Shown here piece after piece: positions 10,372 through 20,548 of a stretch of DNA of 64,000 bases. Position numbers and translations under genes: made by a program. Origin of the DNA: a bacterium (lineage in GTDB: Bacteria > SAR324 > NAC60-12); assembly GCA_965209155.1 (NCBI GenBank), contig OZ242383.1:672001-736000 (forward strand). Reading direction: 5' to 3'. The notes under the pieces were generated by a model. It was not told the origin of the DNA and searched no databases. It was given only the letters and a program-made list of their open reading frames with translations. Each line of letters opens with the position of its first letter. Position 1 is the first letter of the stretch.

Positions 10372-11643
10372 ATGTCCGATCAACCGTTGCCGCAGGCAGA
10401 GCATTCCGAGCTCGATATAATCTATTTTTTCCAGGTCACCTGGCGCCGGAAAGGATTGATCGCTGGCGGTTCGCTCATCGTCCTCGTTGCCGCCTGGCTC
10501 GTCTGCGTCAACCTTCCCAAGGTGTACCGGGTCACCGTCAAGATCTGGCCGGTCTACACCCCGGCGATTGCCGGAGAACTGACTGCGGAAGGATCCAATC
10601 GAGCGGATAACGAGACCATCGTCAAACCGATCGTGGCATTTTTACAGAACTATTCCCTGGCCGATAGCGCCATACGAGAATTCGAACTGGATAAATCACC
10701 ATTCGACCTGACGGCGAGCGCGTTTCTCGAAGGGAACGTCGATGCGCGACTGGACCGGAATACCAATTTGATCCATTTCAGCGTGGAACTGACAGACGCC
10801 GCCATGGCATGGGAGGTGGTGAATTACATGGCCCGGGAAGGGATCGAGAGATACTCTCGACTGGTCCAGAATAAATTAACCCGCAATACGGAATACCTGG
10901 CAAGCCAATTGGAGAAGAACCGGATGCAATTGAGAAAGGAGGGAGACGCCTTGACCGCCTTCCAGCAGAAAGCCAACACAACCAGCCTGACCGGCCGTAA
11001 GTATTTTTTGCAAACCCAGAGCGACGAACTCGCCGGCAAGATCGTCGAGGCGGAAATCGAACTGGCGGCCAAAGGCGCGGAAATTCTCGTGCTGGAGGAT
11101 TCGCTCGAGAAAACGAAGCAGAGCACCGGGGCGAACGCATCTCCCGCTGGAGTGAAAAAAAGCGGGGAGGAAACCATTTTCCCCAATGAGGGCCTTGCTT
11201 CACTGCGATTGCTTAGCGAGAGATTGAACGAGGTTTTCGATAACAGCGAGACGAGATTGATTCGAAACAAGGCAGAGTATGCCTCGTTGCTGGCGGGCAA
11301 GGAAAAGATGGAGCAAACCAAAGGCGAGACCGAGGCGGAGCTCGTCTTGATCGAAGAACAGCTCGCTTCAGTGAGCGTCGAAGAAGAGAAGTTGCGGAGT
11401 AAACTGGAATTGACGAACAAGATGAATGAACTGACTGAGTTGGATTTGGTGAGAAGCAGGAATACCTCGGAGTTGCTGGTTCAGCAGATCGCCATCGTGG
11501 ATAGCGGGGGCATACCGGAGAAACCGGTTCGTCCTCGCGTGCTTCTTATCACTGTTATTTCCGGAGTGGTGGCTTTTTCATTTTTCACCTTCCTGGCTTT
11601 TCTGATGGAGGAAGCGGCCAGACTTCGCGTAATCCGCGGGTAA
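10372..11643 (+). CDS. Wzz/GumC-type polysaccharide chain-length regulator (co-polymerase)
   Basis: N-terminal ELDI..WRRK plus TM, long coiled-coil, PEKPVRPR followed by a C-terminal TM. Confidence 0.85.
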   Translation: MSDQPLPQAEHSELDIIYFFQVTWRRKGLIAGGSLIVLVAAWLVCVNLPKVYRVTVKIWPVYTPAIAGELTAEGSNRADNETIVKPIVAFLQNYSLADSAIREFELDKSPFDLTASAFLEGNVDARLDRNTNLIHFSVELTDAAMAWEVVNYMAREGIERYSRLVQNKLTRNTEYLASQLEKNRMQLRKEGDALTAFQQKANTTSLTGRKYFLQTQSDELAGKIVEAEIELAAKGAEILVLEDSLEKTKQSTGANASPAGVKKSGEETIFPNEGLASLRLLSERLNEVFDNSETRLIRNKAEYASLLAGKEKMEQTKGETEAELVLIEEQLASVSVEEEKLRSKLELTNKMNELTELDLVRSRNTSELLVQQIAIVDSGGIPEKPVRPRVLLITVISGVVAFSFFTFLAFLMEEAARLRVIRG

Positions 11644-11744
11644 GGATGATTCCACTCGTTTATAAACTGAAAAGGCATCTCGTATATTGACGGCAAGTCC
11701 TGCGTAAAATTTACGGCAATGCATTCTACAATCGAATCAACCCT

Positions 11745-13064
11745 ATGAGAGCGCTATTCTGGTTGCTGGCTGTAATTGTGCTGCTGAACTTGAATAACGC
11801 GACTCATTTGTTTACCGGGACGCCAAGTGTTTTTAAACCGGTACTTGCTTTTTGCTCAGTGCTCCTGATTTTGATTGGTCTGCTCAAGGTACCGCTGAAC
11901 CGTGCCCTTGGAGTACCCGGCGCACTGGTCATTGCCACCTTGGGTTCATACCTGATCATTGCCTCGACAGTATCCCTCACCACGAATTTCGGCCCTGGTT
12001 GGAATGCCTGGGAACATTTTGAGGATTACACCAGCTCCATTATTTTGATTCTCGCAGCAGCTCTCGGTGGCTATTCGGTGATGAGAATTATCGGCAGCGA
12101 ATCGCTCCTGAAAATAGTACTCGTATTCCTGACCGTGGATTGCATTGCCATATTGGCTACGCCCGTGCTATCCGAATATTACGTCATTCCCGGTCTATCG
12201 GCATATCGTTTTCTTGGTAACTTCAAGAATCCCAATGTTGCAGGTTTTATCGGATGTCTGACGGCAGTGCTGGCCCTTTCGTTTCTTCAAGTCCGCCGGC
12301 ATCGATGGTTCGCTTACCTGGCATTGACTTTGGCAGTGGGAGCTACAGTTGGGACCTTTTCGAGAGCCGCTTTCCTTATTTTGATTTTCATCTTGACGGA
12401 TTTCTTCTTCTTCAACCATCGGGGGAGAGCAACTGTCGTCAAGTGGCTGTCCGTGGCGATTCCTACCGGCGTCATCTTCCTGATGGTTGTGGATTTGGAT
12501 CCATACTTTTTGGAACAACGTTGGCAAAGGTTATCGGAAATTGCAACCTTGCTTCCCGGTTACCAAGTAAGCGATTCCTCATTGAGTGAAAGACAGGAAT
12601 TGTTAGTCCTGGCCCTGGGTGAGACGGCAAATTCTCCTCTCTTCGGCAATGGCCTCGGTACGATTCATTCACTGGAAAATGCACCTTACAATTCGCGTGG
12701 CAAACCCCAGGGCGCTCACAATCAATACCTGATTCTAGCGGGAGAAGCCGGCATTATTCCACTGGTATTATTTTTATTGTTCCTCGGCTCCTTATTGCGA
12801 TTACGCTTGATGGCGCCGAGATCCGTTGTTCGGGATGCCGTTGTCGGTTGGGCAATCGTCATTGGCCTGGGATGCATGGTCTCCCATAACATACTGGCAA
12901 TGAGAATAGTCGACTTTCTTATCGGTTTGAGTTGCGCAACGGTGGCTCTCTATTGGAGAGTCTCAAACTGGCCGCATAACGAATCCCGGTCTGTTTTTTC
13001 TGCAATCAACCAAGGCCGCAATCGGGTCGTGTTTGGCCAAACCGTCAGAGATGGTTCTTCGTAG
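11745..13064 (+). CDS. O-antigen ligase/polymerase (Wzy/WaaL family)
   Basis: Polytopic membrane protein with NPN, TFSRAA, PLFGNGLG and AHNQYL..GEAGI motifs. Confidence 0.85.
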   Translation: MRALFWLLAVIVLLNLNNATHLFTGTPSVFKPVLAFCSVLLILIGLLKVPLNRALGVPGALVIATLGSYLIIASTVSLTTNFGPGWNAWEHFEDYTSSIILILAAALGGYSVMRIIGSESLLKIVLVFLTVDCIAILATPVLSEYYVIPGLSAYRFLGNFKNPNVAGFIGCLTAVLALSFLQVRRHRWFAYLALTLAVGATVGTFSRAAFLILIFILTDFFFFNHRGRATVVKWLSVAIPTGVIFLMVVDLDPYFLEQRWQRLSEIATLLPGYQVSDSSLSERQELLVLALGETANSPLFGNGLGTIHSLENAPYNSRGKPQGAHNQYLILAGEAGIIPLVLFLLFLGSLLRLRLMAPRSVVRDAVVGWAIVIGLGCMVSHNILAMRIVDFLIGLSCATVALYWRVSNWPHNESRSVFSAINQGRNRVVFGQTVRDGSS

Positions 13065-13174
13065 AGAGAAAAGGGAAACGACTGCGGGTCTTCAACCTGA
13101 TTTTTGATATTTTCACTTCCGAATCGGACAATCCGTAGATTTGTTTGCGATCGAACTGCAAGGCCCTACCGACT

Positions 13175-14521
13175 ATGAAATCGTCACAAGAGCTGAAGAC
13201 GACGGGTGGACAGGAAGTCGTCGTGGTTTTGGCGACGAGGGTGGCGCTCGTTATATCGAGTCTCGGCATCCAAAGCCTGCTCGCTTACGCCCTGCTTCCG
13301 GAAGGCCGTGGGGCCTACGCCGTCTGCGTTATCTTCGGGAGCATACTCGCCGTACTCTTCATTCCCGGAGCCGAACGAGGTACGCAGTATTTCGTAATGG
13401 CCAGGAAGATCAGCGTGTCACAAGGTATTTCCTTCGCCACTGCCATCTGCCTCTTAGGTAGTTTTCTGAGTATCTCACTCTCCATACCACTGATTCAGAG
13501 CGACATTTCTTTCTTTCAGAAGGCAGAGACTCGATCATTCTACTTGTCCCTGACCCTGGTCCCTCTTTCGGCATTTTCGAGCGTAATGCAGTTTCAGCTT
13601 GCCGGGCTGAGACGATTTGGGAAACTTTTTTTCTTCCTTTTACTCCAGTCCCTTACAAACTTGATTGGAGTATTCAGCTTCGTCTCGACATTGGATCTTG
13701 GTGTCGAGGGCGCCATCTTGTCACTCGCCGCCAGTCACTTTGTATTGATCACCGCTTGTCTCTGGGACTTGAAACAAAATTGTGGGTTGGTTATCGAGAT
13801 CCCCCGACTTTCCGGTCTGAGACCCATTCTCAACTACGGACTGAGATACCATCCCGCGAGAATCGCAGTCGTGCTCGACCCACGTATCGGAGGCCTCTTG
13901 CTGGGAGTGGTCGCAAACCGTGCCGAAATCAGCTTTTTTATTGTGGGATATGCGCTGATGAGCCAAGCCCTGATCATTCCCGATGCGGTTTCAAAAGTTT
14001 TGTTACCCCGAGTCGCTAGTGATGAAAGAGGTCGACCCGAACTGGTCGCATTCTGCAACCGTGTTTCGGGTTGGGTTGCCGGGGCGGGGATACTGGCATT
14101 TCTGGCCATCAGTAACACCTTTGTTCCAATCGTGTTTTCTGAAGCCTTTCTTCCTGTAGTTCCCCTTATCTGGATTATGGCGCCCGGGATATTGGCAAGC
14201 GCAGGCACCGGAGTTTTCCTGGAATATTTTCGAGGAGTCAACAGGCCGGAAATCTGCTCGTGGGCGATGTGGCTCGGAATGTGTGTGAATTTTATTTGTT
14301 TTTTCATGCTCTATCCGGAACTCGGAGTCAAAGGCGCCGCGTGGGCTATGACAATCGGCCGGATAATACGCAGTGCCTACCTCGCAATCATGTTTCATCG
14401 AATGGCTCGACTCGGTTTGGTTTCAACGTGGATGCCAAAGCGTAGGGACGTTGCCCATCTACTTGCCTCAGGACAATCGGTAATCAAACAACTAACCGGC
14501 AAACGCTTCACGAATATCTGA
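13175..14521 (+). CDS. Oligosaccharide flippase (Wzx family)
   Basis: Many TM segments, LLPEGRGAY and GVKGAAWA motifs, cluster context; ATG at 13175 preferred over TTG at 13145. Confidence 0.8.
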   Translation: MKSSQELKTTGGQEVVVVLATRVALVISSLGIQSLLAYALLPEGRGAYAVCVIFGSILAVLFIPGAERGTQYFVMARKISVSQGISFATAICLLGSFLSISLSIPLIQSDISFFQKAETRSFYLSLTLVPLSAFSSVMQFQLAGLRRFGKLFFFLLLQSLTNLIGVFSFVSTLDLGVEGAILSLAASHFVLITACLWDLKQNCGLVIEIPRLSGLRPILNYGLRYHPARIAVVLDPRIGGLLLGVVANRAEISFFIVGYALMSQALIIPDAVSKVLLPRVASDERGRPELVAFCNRVSGWVAGAGILAFLAISNTFVPIVFSEAFLPVVPLIWIMAPGILASAGTGVFLEYFRGVNRPEICSWAMWLGMCVNFICFFMLYPELGVKGAAWAMTIGRIIRSAYLAIMFHRMARLGLVSTWMPKRRDVAHLLASGQSVIKQLTGKRFTNI

Positions 14522-14531
14522 TTTTCAAAAT

Positions 14532-15659
14532 ATGGCTGGTCAACAGGTGAGGCATAAACACGTTCTCTTTTTAATCCCTTCCCTTCGCGGTGGCGGAGCG
14601 GAACGCGTCATAACGACACTACTCCGGCATTTGGATCGATCGAGTTTCAAATTGACACTCGCCCTTGTGAATACAAAGGAAGCGGTTTTCCTGAACGAAA
14701 TCCCTGCAGATGTGGAGTTCATAGACCTTAATTGCCAAAGGGTACGTTACGCGCTGCCGAAAATAATAGCGCTAATCTGGAGGAGGCGGCCTGACGTGGT
14801 TTTCTCGACGCTAGGGTATTTGAACCTGGCCCTGGCACTGTTGAAACCATTTCTGCCGCGACATCCTCGTTATATTGCGCGGGAAACGAATATCCTCAGT
14901 CAGGCTTTAGCCGCTGGCAGGATCCCCTGGCTTTGGCAATGGATGTACCGGTTTTTTTACAACAACCATGACGCCGTAGTCTGTCAATCACAGGACATGC
15001 TGGATGATCTGGTTGCGAATTGGGCACTCTCCAAGGAGCGAGCTGTACTCATTTATAACCCGGTCGATGTTGAGCGCATCCGCCGATTGGTTGCGGGAAC
15101 ATCACCTGATAATTACCTTGAATTCGAAAAAGATTCGGTACACGTTCAACTAGTTGCGGCCGGCAGATTGGTCAATCAAAAAGGATTTGACCTACTCATC
15201 AAGGCACTGGCGTTGCTGAGTTCATCTCAGGTTCGATTAACAATTCTTGGCGCAGGGCCGTTACGCGCGAACCTGGAACGACTCGCGCACTCCTCGGGAG
15301 TGGCTGACCTGGTGCGGTTTACGGGTTTTCAGACAAATCCCTACACCTGGATTGCCCGAGCAGACGCATTCGTCCTCTCATCTCGTTATGAGGGATTTCC
15401 CAACGTCTTACTGGAGGCTCTGGTCTGTGGTACGCCGGTTATTGCTATGCCAGCTCCGGGTGGCACGCGTGAAATGCTGGATAACATTCCGCAATGCGTG
15501 ATAGCGGAAGAGATCAGTCCTCTCGCGCTGGCGGATGCTATTGGCGTGTGGATGAGGGGCAGTCGGGCTCAAGTACCAGAAGAAGCAATCGCACCCTATC
15601 GACTATCCACTATCGTGCCTCGCTACGAGCGGCTTCTCGAAGGGAAGTTAGTTAGGTGA
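14532..15659 (+). CDS. Glycosyltransferase family 4
   Basis: GGGAER, GRLVNQKGFD, SSRYEGFPNVLLEA motifs. Confidence 0.92.
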   Translation: MAGQQVRHKHVLFLIPSLRGGGAERVITTLLRHLDRSSFKLTLALVNTKEAVFLNEIPADVEFIDLNCQRVRYALPKIIALIWRRRPDVVFSTLGYLNLALALLKPFLPRHPRYIARETNILSQALAAGRIPWLWQWMYRFFYNNHDAVVCQSQDMLDDLVANWALSKERAVLIYNPVDVERIRRLVAGTSPDNYLEFEKDSVHVQLVAAGRLVNQKGFDLLIKALALLSSSQVRLTILGAGPLRANLERLAHSSGVADLVRFTGFQTNPYTWIARADAFVLSSRYEGFPNVLLEALVCGTPVIAMPAPGGTREMLDNIPQCVIAEEISPLALADAIGVWMRGSRAQVPEEAIAPYRLSTIVPRYERLLEGKLVR

Positions 15660-15825
15660 AGCTGTAAGGTAAGCGTTAAAAAAACTAAGATGGGATACCT
15701 GATTAAAAAACTCATTCTTACCATATTTAACATGAATGAGCAAATGAGGTCAATGGGCAATAAGTTATTAAAATCTAATGACATAGCAAGTGAATTTGAC
15801 TCAGGATAACCTCATAATAGGAAAA

Positions 15826-17160
15826 ATGCAGCAGTATGATCTCCTGCTGAAAAGTCGGTTGTATCGTCTGCTGAAATGGCGAATCTATCGGAACTATGCA
15901 AAACGCATACGTAACATGACGAACCAGGACCCGTTTGCGCTTTCTCGTAAATATCTCGATCGACTGCTCTCCTTCGCCAGTGAGCACAACAGATACTATG
16001 CGGAGTTTCTCGCCGGTCGACGCGAACTCGAGCACCTACCAATACTAACCAAGGAAATTATCCGCGGGAGATTCAATGACCTCCAAAGTATGAAACAAAC
16101 GACGCGAACTTACCGGAACAGTTCCGGCGGTTCGACCGGCAAGCCGGTGACCCTGGTCCAGGACAATTCCTATAGCAGTTGGTCTAATGCGACCCAAGGT
16201 TACTATTTCCGTGAATTTCTTGGTGTCGAAAGGTTCGGTGTCAGAAGTACCTGGCTTTGGGGTTCGGAGCGAGATACATTCAGGCTGAACTCTCGACAAG
16301 CCAAAATCGGGTTGTTCCTGCAAAACCGTCTGCTACTCAATACCTTCGATACGAGTGAGCAACGCTGGCTGGAGTACATTGAACATATCCGTTCCTACCG
16401 TCCGCGCTATGTGGCCGGATACGCGGGTTCACTCTACCAGATAGCGCGCGTGGCTCGTAAACATAATATCCGTCTGTATAAGCCGGATTTTGTCTATTCC
16501 GCAGCCGAGATGTTGCGAGATTTCATGCGGCAAGAAATCGAAGAACAATTCCAGGTGAAAGTTTACGACTACTACGGTTCCAGGGAAGTCGGTGCCATTG
16601 CGGGTGAGTGTTCAGCGGGTCGTCGGCACGTATTCATCATGAACAACTTGGTCGAGATTCTGGATGATGAGGGGCGTCCGACGGTGGATGGAAAAGAAGG
16701 CAGGATCACGGTCACGAATCTTCACAACTATTCATTTCCCATGATCCGCTACGACATCGGAGACAGCGGAGCGATTCGTTTCGACGAGTGCTCTTGTGGC
16801 TCGTCGCTGCCGGTTCTTGAAAAATTAACGGGCAGGGTAACGGATCATTTTCTCTTGAGAGATGGAGGTCTCGTTCACGGTGAGTATTTCACTCACCTGT
16901 TTTATTTTCGGGACAGGGTCGAACAATTTCAGGTCGACCAAGTCGACTACAACCGCATCAGGATTTTGGTCGTAGCGGACGCTCCAGTTAACGACAATGA
17001 CGTAGATGACATCAACGCGAAAATTCGCTTGGTGATGGGCAACGATTGTGATGTGGAATGGGAGTATGTAGAGTCCATAAAGAAGACATCGCAAGGGAAG
17101 CATCTTTATACACGATGCTTGATTGACGAACCGAATTTCCCAAGGCAAAGTCAGGTATAA
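15826..17160 (+). CDS. Phenylacetate-CoA ligase/CapK-like adenylate-forming enzyme
   Basis: SSGGSTGKP, YGSREVG, MIRYDIGD, GRVTD motifs; start uncertain (GTG 15790 or ATG 15826 with AGGA upstream). Confidence 0.85.
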   Translation: MQQYDLLLKSRLYRLLKWRIYRNYAKRIRNMTNQDPFALSRKYLDRLLSFASEHNRYYAEFLAGRRELEHLPILTKEIIRGRFNDLQSMKQTTRTYRNSSGGSTGKPVTLVQDNSYSSWSNATQGYYFREFLGVERFGVRSTWLWGSERDTFRLNSRQAKIGLFLQNRLLLNTFDTSEQRWLEYIEHIRSYRPRYVAGYAGSLYQIARVARKHNIRLYKPDFVYSAAEMLRDFMRQEIEEQFQVKVYDYYGSREVGAIAGECSAGRRHVFIMNNLVEILDDEGRPTVDGKEGRITVTNLHNYSFPMIRYDIGDSGAIRFDECSCGSSLPVLEKLTGRVTDHFLLRDGGLVHGEYFTHLFYFRDRVEQFQVDQVDYNRIRILVVADAPVNDNDVDDINAKIRLVMGNDCDVEWEYVESIKKTSQGKHLYTRCLIDEPNFPRQSQV

Positions 17161-17162
17161 AT

Positions 17163-18323
17163 TTGAAATTGGTAATAATCATCACCGGTCTTGCCACTGG
17201 TGGCGCCGAAATGATGCTGTTCAAGCTTCTACAATTCATCGATCACCGGCGATTTTTTCCTCATGTCATTTCACTCACCTCAAAAGGAGAGATCGGAGAT
17301 CGGCTCGAAGCGTTGGGAATACCGGTCGAAGTATTAGGCATGAAACCAGGTCGTTTCAGCTCGCTAAAGTTCTTACGCCTCGTCCACCGACTCCGTGAAT
17401 TGAATCCGGATGCCGTTCATACCTGGATGTATCATGCGGATTTATTGGGCGGGTTGGCTGCACGGTTGGCAGGAGTCCACGCAGTTGGTTGGGGAGTCCG
17501 GCACGGTAATTTTTCGCCGTTAGATAACAAACGATTCACCTTTTGGGTTATGAAGACGTGCTCCGTCTTGTCTCACCGGATACCGAGAAAGATTCTTTGC
17601 TGTTCTCAGGTGGCGAGGGATATTCATATTTCTGCCGGATATGACCGAGACAAGATGGTCGTCGTCCCCAATGGATTTGACCTTTCCCGGTACGGACCAG
17701 ACACAGAAGCGCGCCTCTCGGTGCGCTTGGAATTGGGATTGCGTGAAGACATTCCGCTCGTCGGCTTGATAGCCCGGTTCAACCCGCAGAAAAACCAAGC
17801 TGGTTTCTTTGAGGCGGCCAAGCTGGTACACCTAAACTGTCCCGATGCCCATTTTCTACTGGCAGGCGCTGGGGTGGAGGAGCACAACCCCACGTTGCGT
17901 GACGCGATACGGCAGGCAGGAGTGGAAGCAAACACCCATCTTCTGGGAAAACGTGAGGATATCCCACGTTTGATGGCCGCCCTGGACGTGCTCGCTTCTT
18001 CTTCTTCTTTTGGGGAAGCCTTCCCCAACGTGCTTGGTGAGGCCATGGCTTGCGGCGTTCCTTGCGTGGTCACGGGCGTGGGGGATTCGGCGGAAATCGT
18101 GGGAGAAACGGGTCGAGTCGTGGCAGTGGAAGATATGCGCGGATTGGCTCATAACATCGTCGAAATTTTACAATTGTCTCACGAGGAACACCGTGCTATG
18201 GGAGCAAGAGCGCGGGAAAGAATTCGTGAGAGATTCGAAATCGAAAGCGTGGTCAGAAAATATGAAAGATTCTATGAGAGCCTGATTGGACGTGATCAAA
18301 TTGGTGCAGGCCGACTCGCTTAG
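17163..18323 (+). CDS. Glycosyltransferase family 4
   Basis: GGAEMML, HTWMYHADL, EAFPNVLGEAMACG motifs; TTG start. Confidence 0.92.
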   Translation: MKLVIIITGLATGGAEMMLFKLLQFIDHRRFFPHVISLTSKGEIGDRLEALGIPVEVLGMKPGRFSSLKFLRLVHRLRELNPDAVHTWMYHADLLGGLAARLAGVHAVGWGVRHGNFSPLDNKRFTFWVMKTCSVLSHRIPRKILCCSQVARDIHISAGYDRDKMVVVPNGFDLSRYGPDTEARLSVRLELGLREDIPLVGLIARFNPQKNQAGFFEAAKLVHLNCPDAHFLLAGAGVEEHNPTLRDAIRQAGVEANTHLLGKREDIPRLMAALDVLASSSSFGEAFPNVLGEAMACGVPCVVTGVGDSAEIVGETGRVVAVEDMRGLAHNIVEILQLSHEEHRAMGARARERIRERFEIESVVRKYERFYESLIGRDQIGAGRLA

Positions 18324-18393
18324 TTCAGTACAATGGATTTCATGCAGAGATAGCGCGCTTCAATGCGCTGCGCATAATGGGTAGAGCATTTCA

Positions 18394-19584
18394 ATGGGCA
18401 ACGTATTGGCAAATTCACCTGTAGGAAATGCTATTGATTCAGGTTTGGTTAAAGGCGACCCGCTGAAATCAACAAAGATCGTGATCGCCTCCAACTCCAC
18501 TTGGAGCATCGTTAATTTTCGGACTGGCCTCATCCGAGCCTTATTGGATTCGGGCTGCGAGGTGATCGCCGTGTCCCCGTCCGATGATTACGCACCTCAT
18601 CTGCTTGACCTGGGCTGTCGTTACCTGCCGTTAGCGATGGACAACAAAGGCACTCATCCCGGACGCGATCTCCTCCTCTTATGGCGAATATGGCGATTGC
18701 TGCGACGCGAGCGACCGGACGTTTACTTCGGTTTCACGGTAAAACCCAACATTTATGGTTCGCTGGCTGCTCGCGTATTGCGCATACCCGTGATCAACAC
18801 AATTACCGGACTTGGCGCATCGTTCAACAAACAAAACTGGTTAACGCTGCTGGTGCGCGCCCTGTACCGGTTTGTCCTGGCTTGCTCTGTGATGGTGTTT
18901 TTCCAAAACGAGGATGATCAACGATTGTTCGTCACGGGCAATTTGTTGCCTTCTGAAAAAGCGTGTCGCATACCAGGTTCCGGAGTGAACATAAAGCATT
19001 TCAAACTCATGCCGCTTCCTGTTCATGACAACCGATTCCGCTTCCTTCTGATTGCCCGAATGCTTAAGGACAAGGGCGTGGGAGAATACGTTGAGGCGGC
19101 GCGCGTTATGAAGGACTGTTTCCCCAACGCTGAATTTTGTTTGTTGGGGTTCCTCGATGTTCAAAATCCTTCCGCTATTTCCCGTAGTCGGATGGAAGAG
19201 TGGACCACCGAGGGCGTGGTGCGCTATCTTGGCGCTAGCGACGACGTGCGTGAGGAGATCGAGGCGGCGGATTGCATCGTGCTACCCTCCTACTACCGTG
19301 AAGGGATACCACGCGCGCTGTTGGAAGCCTCGGCTATGGGACGCCCCATCATCACGACCGATGCCGCAGGCTGTCGTGAGGTAGTGGACGACGGAGTGAA
19401 CGGTTTCCTCTGCCGGTCACAAGACGCGCACGATCTGGCAAAAAAAATGGAACAGATGCTGGCACTCAGCCCGGAAGAACGAAGTGAGATGGGTCGACGC
19501 GGACGTGAGAAGATCGAACGGGAATTTGATGAGCGACTGGTGATCGATCGCTACTTGGAAGTTATTGCCAACAAGAATTTATAG
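18394..19584 (+). CDS. Glycosyltransferase family 4 (CapM-like)
   Basis: TVKPNIYG, ITGLG, FFQNEDD, PGSGVN, YREGIPRALLEA motifs; true start may lie somewhat downstream. Confidence 0.9.
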   Translation: MGNVLANSPVGNAIDSGLVKGDPLKSTKIVIASNSTWSIVNFRTGLIRALLDSGCEVIAVSPSDDYAPHLLDLGCRYLPLAMDNKGTHPGRDLLLLWRIWRLLRRERPDVYFGFTVKPNIYGSLAARVLRIPVINTITGLGASFNKQNWLTLLVRALYRFVLACSVMVFFQNEDDQRLFVTGNLLPSEKACRIPGSGVNIKHFKLMPLPVHDNRFRFLLIARMLKDKGVGEYVEAARVMKDCFPNAEFCLLGFLDVQNPSAISRSRMEEWTTEGVVRYLGASDDVREEIEAADCIVLPSYYREGIPRALLEASAMGRPIITTDAAGCREVVDDGVNGFLCRSQDAHDLAKKMEQMLALSPEERSEMGRRGREKIEREFDERLVIDRYLEVIANKNL

Positions 19585-19600
19585 GATTGGTCTCGAACGA

Positions 19601-19675
19601 ATGGACAAGCTGCCTGTAGCCGAGGATGAAAATTCAATAACGCTCGTCGTAGACGTCGACGGTTCACTGGTCAGC
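19601..19675 (+). pseudogene. Orphan 5' fragment of a HAD-UbiA gene (..LVVDVDGSLVS)
   Basis: 19641..19675 matches 20628..20662 at 34/35 nt; similarity then stops. Confidence 0.7.
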
Positions 19676-19919
19676 TCGCCGCGCGTGCGCTTCGCTGCCA
19701 TCCGCAGCCTCGAGAGCGGAAAGATGGTCAACGTCGACAAGACGCGCACTTGATCAACCCGTACAAAAATGAGAGTAAATCATGAAAAAAGTATTCATTT
19801 ATCAGGCTATATCTCTGAAATCGCGAATCTTGTCCCAGCGTGCGGGAAGCGCAACCAGTTGAAGAAGAGAAATAGTAGAAGAAATGCAATAAATCTCATA
19901 GTCATCCCGAGAGCAAACC

Positions 19920-20135
19920 ATGTTTGAAAGAATTACTTTTAATCCAAATATTATGAGAGGGAGAGCGTGTATCCGAGGAATGAGGATTACCGTTTCCACC
20001 ATTGTCAGTCAAATTTCCCATGGTGCGACAGTAGAAGAAATCATCGCCGATTATCCGGATTTGACCCCGGATGATATTCAACAAGCCTTAGAATACGTTT
20101 CGTGGTTAGCACAAGAAGAAATCTATTCTGCCTGA
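19920..20135 (+). CDS. DUF433-family putative antitoxin
   Basis: RITFNPNIMRGRACIRGMRITV..EEIIADYPDLT..DIQQALEY signature. Confidence 0.88.
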   Translation: MFERITFNPNIMRGRACIRGMRITVSTIVSQISHGATVEEIIADYPDLTPDDIQQALEYVSWLAQEEIYSA

Positions 20136-20141
20136 GGAACT

Positions 20142-20189
20142 ATGAGATTTCTTGCGGATATGGGGATTGCTTTACGAGTCGTGACATGA
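20142..20189 (+). pseudogene. Truncated PIN-like (DUF5615-type) toxin partner
   Basis: MRFLADMGIALRVVT then TGA; matches the MKFLADM start typical of DUF433 partner genes; remainder absent. Confidence 0.6.
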
Positions 20190-20251
20190 TTGAATCCGAA
20201 GCAGTCAAAGCTGTCCTGTCTTTGAGTATTGGTTATCCAACCTCTAAAAAG

Positions 20252-20347
20252 ATGTGTCATGCTGCTCCCGGATCAAGTCTGGGATGATCCAGCATCTAAA
20301 ATATCGCCCGTATCCCCCTGGATTCCTGGTCAAACCAGGAATGACAC
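20252..20347. repeat. REP-like palindromic element (GTGTCAT...ATGACAC ends)
   Basis: Reverse-complement homologue of ~49016..49125 (GGATTCCTGGTCAAACCAGGAATGACAC; TCCCGGATCAAGTCTGGGATGATCC). Confidence 0.75.
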
Positions 20348-20548
20348 GTTATTTAACTCCTGATTCACGTATTTGTTTTAATTATTCTTCACAAAAAAAG
20401 CCCTTAGGTCGACATATCCGTTATAGAGTTGATGCCAATTGAATAAAGATTCAAAACAGACATTCAAAAATAGATATGTGGAAGCCAAAGGCGTTAAAGG
20501 TAGTATACCCGTAACATCAGTTACGAAGAATCTTGAAAAATTTTTCAA

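Noticed and set aside
20187..20189. TGA in the PIN-like fragment as selenocysteine
   Set aside because: There is no Cys/redox context, no SECIS-like hairpin and no continuing domain; it is a nonsense codon in a remnant.
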